A program made the translations under genes and the position numbers. Below are positions 54,535 through 64,000 of a stretch of 64,000 nucleotides of DNA, piece after piece; within the stretch, counting starts at the first letter, position 1; each line of letters begins with the position of its first letter. The stretch covers positions 179,394 through 243,393 of the forward strand of contig MU619265.1 of assembly GCA_025201805.1 (NCBI GenBank), given 5' to 3'. The notes under the pieces were generated by a model. It ran no database searches. It had not been told where the DNA came from and saw only the letters and a list, made by a program, of their open reading frames with translations. The DNA comes from Parasitella parasitica NRRL 2501 (Eukaryota > Fungi > Mucoromycota).

Positions 54535-56962
54535 TTAATTATCCACAATGAAGAAACCTTCAGCATCATCATCAACAATGGCAGCTGCATGTTCGTTAGG
54601 TTTAACACCAAAGAATTCCTCATCAATTTCAGGAAAAGCAGAGGGAACATGCTTGTTCAAATTTAAAGCGAGAAAAGTACAGGTGGTAGCCTTGATGGTA
54701 GTAAATTTAGCACCAATTTGGCGAGCATCTAAAAAAGTGAAAATCTTTAGATTTAGTGGTCTTGCAAGAGTCAATCATTTCAAACTTACAATCAGAACAT
54801 GCACCTTTTTTAGCATTTAATGAGGCAGGGGCGATTCCAGCGTTGACATTATCAGAACCATGAGCAGCCCAAGTGCTTTTGTTAGACTTTTTAACGCCAT
54901 TAGGAGCACAGGTATTTGATGAGGCCGAAAGTGTCGTATTAATGGTGCCAACTTGAGTAATACATGGATTGCAACACTTCTTGACAGAAAAGGTTGATGT
55001 ACCAGATTTACTATCAGCAGGATTGGTGATAAATTGACGGTGAAAACCATTCGATTTGGAGTTTACTAAGGAAGCATCCAGAACAGAATCAGCGAGACCA
55101 AGTTTGCCAACAACAACAAAGTCTTGATCAATCTCATTCAAAGTAACAGAGGCGGTATCTTGAGGGACATAGCGATTGAAATAACCAGCCAAGGAAGTCA
55201 AAGCACAAGCAGCAGCAGTAAGGACAGATTTGACAACAAAGAAGCCAAACTCAGTTACAACAAAGGGCTTCTTGAAAGGAAGAGGCGAGCCATCTTGTTC
55301 CAATGAGCGTTCATGATAAGTGGTGACAGGAGATTGAGCAACACAAACGTTATGATAACCTGTCAAAGAAAAGAAGACACAAGCAGTAGCAGCAAAGACT
55401 GAGGCATCAACAAAGAGACCAGAAGAAGCAACCTCAATGGCGACAGAAGTTTTTCCAAGATAAAGAGAAGATTCATTATGCCTCAACGGATGCTTAGTAG
55501 TAGGTAAACCGTAAAAAGGGTTGTGAATAGAGCTTGTAACATTCATAAAGCCACCAAGACTGTCTGAACTAGAAGCAATAACCAAACTAGCAGCAACAGG
55601 GACATCATAGTAATTATCAGAGTTGGTAGAATTGTCAGAGTCAGATTCAAAATCAACAAAAAATTCTTCATCGTGATCAACAATAATAGAATCATTACCG
55701 TCAATAGGTTGTTTATCAGAAAGAGTATCCTCTTCAGATTTAACAGCAAAGAACTTTTCATCAATGCTAGTAAAAATAGGTTGACTACCAGAAACACCGC
55801 CAGAATAGGTATTACTCAAATTCGTAGCAGTAGGAGTACCAGCAGCACTGACAGCAGTATTAGCAATAGCAAGCGCAGCACTGTTATGGTGATCATCTAA
55901 AGAGGTAAATTTGTTAAATTTGAAAGCCTTACAAGAGTAAATTACTTCAACATTACCATTAAAATAACCATTGTTTTGGTCACAGTTCATTAAAGAAGCA
56001 GAAATGGAACCGTCAATAGCAGATTCTTTGAAGCCAAGCTTGTCAATGACAACAAAGCCTGGGCCAGCCTCATTGAAGGCAACGAAATCAGTACCTTGAT
56101 GAGCAGAACGACTTAAAGAGCCAGCCAAGGCAAGAGCAGCAGGAGCAAAGATCGATTTATCAATGAAGTGACCAAATTTAGTGGTAACAGATGACTTTTT
56201 GAGATGGGAAAACGTATCAATTTTTTCCAATGGGTCAACGGAAGCAGAAGCTTGAGTAGCATAAAGACAGGGATAACCGACCAAGGAAGAAAAAGCACGG
56301 GCAGTAACAGTATATGCGTCGTAACAACCAGCCAAGAGAGAGAAACCACGGGCAGTAGCAGCAAAGTCTAAGCTATCAACAAAGAGGCTATAGTAATTAG
56401 TTTCAGTGGCGGCAGAAGTCTTGTCAAGATGGAGAGAAGAATCAGCATGGTCCAATTGACGTTCATTAGCTACGCCATAGAAAGGATCATACACGGTATT
56501 TGCTACATTGGTAAATCCATCAAGATCACCACGATCAACACTAGTCAAAGAAGGAAGGGCAGAGGCTTCGTAGAAATTATCAGAATCGGTAGTTTCCTCA
56601 GATTCAGATTCATAATCAATACAGACGATGTCTACAAAGAACAAATCAAGAATGTCAAGAGCAAGACCAAGTTCATTGGAAGTGCCAGCGTAAGGATTAT
56701 AAGGTGTCAAAGAAGCAGCTTTTTTCATAGCAGTGGCACATTTTGAGGTGGCAGATTTATCAGATCCCAGTTTAACAGAATGTTCAAAGCAGGAGGTACT
56801 CTTGACAACTTTGACAAGTATGCAGTCTTGGAATTCAGAGCAGTTTCGCATGATAATATCACAAGTAGCACTTTTAGAGGAGTTTGAAGTTCGAAAAGCA
56901 TTGCATATGCTGTTATACACAGTTGCAAATGGAGAGTAACGGCTCAGTAACTGATCAAACAT
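54535..56962 (-). CDS. Hypothetical Ser/Ala/Asp-rich protein with a large internal duplication (possible 3' frameshift)
   Basis: Long intronless ORF (54707-57139; likely ATG MFDQLL at 56962) with two ~200-aa homologous blocks. A third partial block lies in the shifted frame 54535-54774. Confidence 0.55.
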
Positions 56963-57924
56963 CTTGCTTAAAAAAAAAAAGAGAAGCTTGATAACCTTGA
57001 GTTTTTTTAGTCTCTTGATTTGCCTGGAGTTACTTGTTTCTTCGAGTTCCTCAGGGTTTCTTTTGAGAGCTTTGAGGGTTTTGAGAATTTGATTGAAGAA
57101 AGTATGGAAGAAGAGATATAAAGAGATATAGAGAAGCAAATTGAACTAGACTCATTATATACCATCTCTATGTGGCTTTTTGTACATTTTCTTTTTGTTT
57201 CCATGGTATTAAACTTTACAGCATGGTTACAATCAAGTACGTAAAGAAAAATGCATTAATCAAAACTGCTTCATAAACAAAAAAAGTTTCTCGTTACTAA
57301 ACAAAAGAATATGATCCTCCCCTACAGTTATTAGAGAAGAAACTTTGCTTTTATCACAAATCAACACTTTTTTACCTATCACAGCAATTCAGTGCATTGG
57401 CATTACGCAAAAGTCGAATGAGCCGAGTTTTGCTTTTTCAATCCATCAATTGATTACAACTGTGGCAAATTCATGCTACCTATGGACTTTTCTACAAAAA
57501 AATAATCTATAAGAGCTAGGCTCCTCAAAAAATGCAAAGCACACTTTTTTTTTTGTGTTCCCTGAGGCAATTCTATCTATTAAATTAATACCACTGCGTG
57601 CACCAACGGCTTCACACATTTAAGGTAAAGATTGAAACATACGTTTTTGACACATTGGGGTATAGCCTACTAACAACATAAATTCGAGCTATATCATTAG
57701 TTTCACCTTTTCTTGGCAAATCATTATTTAACAGAAAGCTTCGATACAAACAATTATAGCAATAACAAATACACCTAGAAAGGTTGATCTTCCATAGAGA
57801 TGCTTGCGACAGATACGTAGCAAAACACTACGATTAGCCATAAACTTTATTTCATCTCGCATGCTAATTCTAGACTTCGAAACAAGTGGGAGAGTCATAA
57901 AATGTGTCTTGATATTTCAGCTTG

Positions 57925-58012
57925 GATGCACTCTTAAATGCCTTGCTCTGAACGCATAGTTTTCACTTGCAATTTGGATGAGTGTAGTGGCAAGGCTTCT
58001 CTCCTGTATGCG
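57925..58012 (-). pseudogene. Relic of a C2H2 zinc-finger gene
   Basis: Minus strand reads SHTGEKPCHYTHPNCK* and, after a frameshift, RHLRVH. Confidence 0.4.
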
Positions 58013-60066
58013 AATTTTCCTGATCTGTTTTGATTGACAAAGCACTTAATTCAGCATTGTCTTTTTTTTGCATTCGCTACAATTTTTATAGACAAGAAGG
58101 TATAAGGTTTTAGCTCTTTGCTTTGCATATCAACGATAGTTGAAAAAACGTTGTTTCCTTTAATGGATGGCGATTGAAACAGCATTAGTGGTATTGATGT
58201 CAAGGCATTGATTACCTTGGCTCATTCACATTTATAACGCCAAGTAGTTCGGTCAGATCGACAGTAGGTGGTAATGCTGCAAATCTGCCTTTACTAGTTG
58301 ACAGCTGTAGCAATGAGGTTCAAGTATTGCTTGATCAGATGTCTTTACCTGGTGCATGCATCACTGTTGTTTTGTTGATTGGTCAAAAAATCGAGTATGG
58401 TACACTATCTTGATGTGGTTGCACGACTATCACATGTAAAAAAAAAATGTGTTGAGAAAATGCATAATGTGGGGGGGGATCCTCTCGTGTGCAGTGTCTG
58501 CACATGAGAACTCTAAATTTTTGTATGGTGTTGCATTGTCATATGAGCAGATTTGAATCGAACGTATCCGGATCACTATACAAAAGGAATGATGCTACAT
58601 TCATGCACATTCCCATAGCCATTTTTCATTGCATTAACGAACACTTGAATCTTGCGCTCTCTATCCCCCTTTCTTTATCCAGGGGACACGCAATATTAGT
58701 CAATAAACAAAAATTTTCACACCTTTCTTCCATTCAAAGGCTTTTACTCTAACTAATAAAAGCTGGCGAGTATTTAATAACAATGCTGTAATTATTTATT
58801 AGCATTTATATAATAACTTTTTCAAGTGAAATCTGCTTTGATGACTTCCTAACGGGTTAGTTCTGTAGAAGCATAATTATTCATACTCTGAATGACAGTT
58901 CTCAAAGTATGTCCTATTATTTTAATGATTATACAGTAATTTCCAAATAATTTTGATACTTACTCCTCAATTGATGAAAACAATAATTCATGCCTCTCTT
59001 CCTGCTGCTGTATAGCTATATCGATTTCGATTTGCTCCTCGTGTCCTCTTGTATCATATTCAACCATTGGCAAGTGAGCATCTTTTTCGGTCAAGCCAGT
59101 GTCGTTAACTCTATGCAACTAGTACGATGAAAATTTTGAGGTCATTAGCAGTAAGATAAAGTGTTTAAACATTTACATACATGGTATGTGCTTACAAGAA
59201 ACTTTACTAGTTTGCTAATCCATGCAAGTGCATGATTTTATTCAGTTTTGTTGAAGGTCAACATCAATTTTAAAAGATTTGTTATCTTATTATCAACACT
59301 AGCAATAGTACTATCGCAAGTAATAGCTACAGTTTAACATCCAGTCCAAGCAACCGCAACCAATGTCAAGTCAAATGCAACACTCTCTACATCATGATAA
59401 CAGAGAAAAAGAGGGCTTCAATTTTGAGAATGGGTACATTTAAAGCACATAAACAACTGCTATACATCAGTGGTTTTGATGATTAGTATGAGAGGAAGGG
59501 CTATACTTTAATACATTCGTATGTACATGAAAAGTGATTCGGTAGTACAGTCAGAATCGTTGTCTGCAAGTCTGAAAAACTTTCAACATAATTGATGGAG
59601 AGTGACAGAGGTCCGTCGTATAAAAATGTATATTTGAGCCATCCTACAAAACGCACGACCAGCCACAATATGTATTATTATACCAGTTTTGCTTGGCTTG
59701 CAATTTTGTTCCAAGATTTCTTGAATGGATGAAACTGCGCTATACAAGCCATGTGCCTTACTTTTATTATATATAATACGGCCACTGCTGCTGCCTATGA
59801 TAAGCCATCTCGACTTGATTTACTAAGCTGACTACTGTTTAGGAGTTTACCTTGCATAAAATACAACAAAATGAAAGAATGAAATCCCGGAATAAGTTCT
59901 ATGAATGAAGAAAACAATGTAATTTATTGAAAAAGCAAAGACTAAACAGAGAAAGGAATCGAAAAGAAAAGCAAATGTTCTTGTTTTGGGTGTATATATG
60001 TAAAGATGTACAAAAAAAAGTGGAAGTATGTGTATGTGTCGTATGTATAAGTTTTGTGTGTGTGAT

Positions 60067-60480
60067 TTAACAGGCCATCACAGGGATCAAGTAGCCATGC
60101 TCTTCTTCGTCATCTTCGTTTTTGCATTTGTAATGAGTTGATAACCCAGAAAAGAACAGTGGAGTCAGTGATTGAGTATTGATAGTTAATTTAGGCTTTT
60201 TGGAGTTAATTTTTGGAGTCTCTGGAGTACTGGGAGATTCAAAAGCGCGTCTACGAGAATTGGGAATAAAGGACAAATCGAGTGGCATGATTGGAGGTCT
60301 ATCTTGCTGCTGATGTTGGATAACGGGTATAATAGTAGAAGCAGTAGAGTCTGCGACACTAGGGATTGTAAATGTGTACTGGATAGGTTGCGTGGATGCA
60401 AAGCAGGATCTATCATATTCATCGGCACTATAGGTAGTGAAAATAGTGATTTCAGGATTAAAGCGAACAAATTTTGACAT
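60067..60480 (-). CDS. Small protein with a Bni4/neurabin-like PP1-docking motif
   Basis: MSKFVRFNPEITIFTTYSADEYDRS: RVxF-like motif followed by TYSxxEYDR; ATG in good context with a TATA-like sequence upstream. Confidence 0.65.
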   Translation of the reverse strand: MSKFVRFNPEITIFTTYSADEYDRSCFASTQPIQYTFTIPSVADSTASTIIPVIQHQQQDRPPIMPLDLSFIPNSRRRAFESPSTPETPKINSKKPKLTINTQSLTPLFFSGLSTHYKCKNEDDEEEHGYLIPVMAC

Positions 60481-60994
60481 GTTGAGTTGTTTTGATGGTT
60501 TTCAACAAAAAAGGATCTTCACAAAACATCTGGTCCTTTTATACCTTTTGATGAGCAAGTAGATCTATTTTTAACCCAAGTAACACGATAAACTTTTATG
60601 GTACCAATTACTACCAGTAGTTCTATTTTTACGCATATATATATATCAAGGAAAGCGGCTGCTTTTCATAATTCTTGGCTCGCTCAGAAATATTAAGGAG
60701 AGCTGTATTTGTACTGTTGTTTCTTTTCTATTGTGCTTTTAATAGATTTATTCAACTAGCATTCTGTAAATATAGAATCTGTAGGTTTGAGAAGATTCTA
60801 TCAAAAAACAAATCATGTTGAAATCAAGTTCATCTTTTTGATGCTAATCGTTCATTGTTCCACTAAAAAGGACATGACACTGTCTATGCTCAAATTGATT
60901 TAAAGATTCGTACTCCACACGCGCTAAAGCTCTGCCTTGACATTCATTGATGCCAAACCATCAAATTGTGGTTTAACAATTTTTTATTTCAGGT

Positions 60995-63126
60995 TCAAGC
61001 CTCTACTGTCATATCAGTATTACTATTAGAAGAGCTGCTATTATTAATGGGTATTAATTCGTTTGCGGTTTGGGTGCTGCGTTGGTTCAGCAGAACGTCG
61101 CTTGTCACATAGTTGACATTTTGAGCGTGATGGTGATGATGTACGTGGTGATGGGGACGGTGGCGTTGCTGGTAATGAGCACTAGTCCCAGCAGCGGCTG
61201 TTGTATTAACAGATTGGGAAATCATAGTATTACTATTACTAGCATATACATGGTGATGACTGGAATTACTTGTGTTGTAAACTGTATTTTGCTGCTGTGG
61301 TTGCGATTGTCGCGGGGATGGTGCCACTGCTGCTACATATCGTGGTCGTCCCACTTCAAGCACTGCCTCCTTTGGCACAGCCTCAAGAAATTCTTCTCTC
61401 ACAGAGGAAGGTAACTCCATTAACATGTTGGATTTCAGTAGATAGCCATAATTTTGAAACATAAAACCCAGAGCAAGTAGCTTCAGCCCAACCTCTTCTG
61501 CCATAATTGCCTTTTCAAAAATCAACCCACAGCTTTCAACAGACATATGGCGTCGATACAGCCTTCGGCAACATAATTTCTTGAGCCTGTGTAGTAAGTA
61601 CATATTCGCCATGACTAATAAATCGCAAACTATTTGCCACGGCTCTGACTCATCTAACCGGTCGCTGTACAAAAACTTCAAAAAAGCCATAATCACTTGA
61701 ACTGGCTCTGGTATTACCATCTTTCGTTCAATTGCTTCTGACATGCCTGATTTGTGTATATTTTTGAAATGAGGCCAGCGTGTCAGCAAGATGACTTGAT
61801 GTACATAAATTTCCTCTCCGTTTTCGGCAATGATGGAGAAATCAGATAACTCTGGGCTATTTAGTAACTGAACAAACTCTGTAGTGAATCTTGGCTCAGC
61901 GATATCATAAAGCCCCAACGATTCTCCATGTATCACCAAGGCATCCCTTTCATGTTGTTAGTATGTAAACAAAAAAAATTACCGAGAATCTAGTATATTT
62001 ACCTGAAATGATCATATCCTTGTGGTCTATAAGGATCTGTGTTACCAAGAAATAGTAAATTGTTGACATTGATTTGAGATTGAACATCTGCCTGTTCTCC
62101 GGATGATTCATTGACTATGGTAAAATAATTCCAACCACCAACTTCAAAATGTCCGTCGCATTCTTGCTTTTCCCACTCTAATGTGTCCAAATCCAACATC
62201 CATAAACTATATGTTGATTCGGGACTATTTAGCTGCTGTTGCTGCTGGTGGGGGTGTTTATTGTTGCTTAAATATCTCCCAAAAACTAATAGCTTACCAC
62301 ATGCTGTATCGCAAAAATGTTGGCTCTTTAAAAGAACCATGCTTTTATTGCATGATTGTTGTTGCTGTTGGTTGCCGCTAAGCACTAAATGAGGCGTGTA
62401 AGGTAATTTCTGAAGGTTGACCATAAACAAATCAGATACTGTGTTTCCTTGCTCATCTTTGCCAGCGTAAATGTACATTTTATTTCCAACAAGCGTGGCT
62501 GAGTGGTTGTATCTAGGTGGCATGTCATGGTATCGTGTCCATACCATTGAATTCAAATCAAGGATACACAATTCATCCAAGACATAAGTGCAGTCAGAGC
62601 TTTTAGCAAATCCACCATATATAATAAGTTTATCTTCGAATACTGCTGCGCTGTGTAGATAGCGAGAAGATACATTTCCTGTAATGTTGGGTTGATGCCA
62701 TGTCGATGTTTTGAGATTGAAAATATGCACATCTCCACAATATTCTTGGTACTCGTTGCAGCCCCCTAATTAGTAATATGCATGTTAGTTTGTATTCATG
62801 AATCCGGTCGTTAAGTGTACCGAAAACTATGATTGAATCTCTCCATCTTGTTGCTGAATGTCCATATCTTTTGCATGGTGGAATACCATGTGTGTTCTAC
62901 GCTGTATTTAGTACCCAAAATAACTACTGATCATTTTTTCACATACCTGTATAACCTCCCATTGCATATTCTTTAAATCAAGATAATGCAAATTATCAGT
63001 TACATTTCCACCTCCACCAAATACGTACAATCGTTGATCTACTTTTACAAACGATGGCCTCCATAGTCCAGCTAAATTTTGACCTATCGTTTTTATCGGT
63101 TGACCGGGTTTCATAAGCATTGCCAT
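60995..63126 (-). CDS. Kelch-repeat + BTB/POZ protein (LZTR1/Ral2-like), multi-exon
   Basis: Kelch repeats (LYVFGGG, RYGHSAT, RYLHSAAVFEDKLIIYGG, RYNHSATLVGNKMYIYAG) and BTB (SDFSII..IYVHQVILLTRWPHFK..FLKFLYSD..LLVMANMYLLHRLKKLC). Confidence 0.9.
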
Positions 63127-63553
63127 TGTTTGGTTTGTTTATTATGCAATGAAATTAACTGTGGTTATATTAAAAAACAAAACAAAATTCAGAGGAACCA
63201 GTAATTGAAGATTGAGAAAAAATAAAAATGAGATATAAAAAGAAGAGAAAGGAAGTATATTAAATACGAAAAGCTTTATTTCTTGTTGATTGTTGATAAA
63301 CTACAAAAATTTCCGTATGAAAGAATATGGGTTACCAAATAACAAAAAAGAAGGGGGATGGAGGAGGATTTTTACTTCAAGAGATGAAGGGGCATTTACA
63401 AATGCTCTGAATTAAAGTTTCTCGATTCCTATGTTCCCGTTGCTATACATTATTCGTTCCTGATATTTTTTTTATTATTATTCAAGTTCATCACTATAAT
63501 TGTCTTATGCTGTTAATCTATTAAATGTGATTTTCTATACATTCTTTCTCAAT

Positions 63554-64000
63554 TTAGGATTCAAAGCCTTTTAAAAAAGGTACCATGAGACCTTTATAGA
63601 GACCGGTATCATTGGCCTCATTATTAAACTGCTTAAGACGACCTTCTAAAAGAGTGATGTCCGTAATATGGGTGGTATCAACCATGCAGAATTGCGCCCG
63701 AGACCTTTGATGAAAGGGCGAACAAGCTCCACAGGTGCTGGTTGCGCTTCTCCGGACAAGGCTTGCAAGAGACCGAAATCGCAACACTGGGCTGAACAAT
63801 AGCTGGAGTGAACGGAATGTGTCGTTGCTTTTCTTTGATGCCCTTCGTGACAAGGACCCAGCTATTGGGTTGTGATGATTGCGAGGAAGATCCAGATAAC
63901 TGAGGATCTCCTTTGTTAATTGTATCTTTACTAAGAGCTGTTACTATGAGAAAAAGTCTCATTAGCTTTTGAAATGATGTATTCAGCCAAGGCAGCCTTC
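63554..64000 (-). pseudogene. Frameshifted coding remnant, possibly LINE ORF1/gag-like; continues beyond the window
   Basis: Overlapping broken ORFs (KAALAEYIISK.., PNSWVLVTKG, PFIKGLGRNSAW/DTTHITDITL). The family assignment is only an impression. Confidence 0.3.

Overview
AT-rich eukaryotic DNA with many short (~50-70 nt) GT-AG introns, most consistent with a Mucorales fungus (Rhizopus/Mucor-like; this is an inference). Housekeeping genes: RPL27, RPS0, YPT6/RAB6, a KCH-family K+ transporter, TOR, tRNA-Ile(AAT), a DDP1-type Nudix hydrolase, NOG1, a LIM-RhoGAP, a divergent Nup170, PSY2/PP4R3 and a Kelch-BTB protein. The most notable content is two highly diverged, intron-containing, unusually large Fanzor (eukaryotic TnpB-like RNA-guided nuclease) genes pointing towards each other across the RhoGAP gene. 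One is a decayed pseudogene (~28.4-32.0 kb, +). The other is near-intact with a full D-E-D RuvC triad and zinc finger (39.1-42.8 kb, -, spanning an assembly gap). They share two intron positions and a covarying hairpin at the ORF end that is a candidate omegaRNA element. Also present: an SLX4 N-terminal-only protein, a short polyA retro-insertion with a 16-bp TSD, a repeat/foldback cluster upstream of the tRNA, a frameshifted amino-acid transporter pseudogene, an orphan ORF with a large internal duplication and a mini PP1-docking protein. All calls come from reading motifs by eye; no database searches were run.
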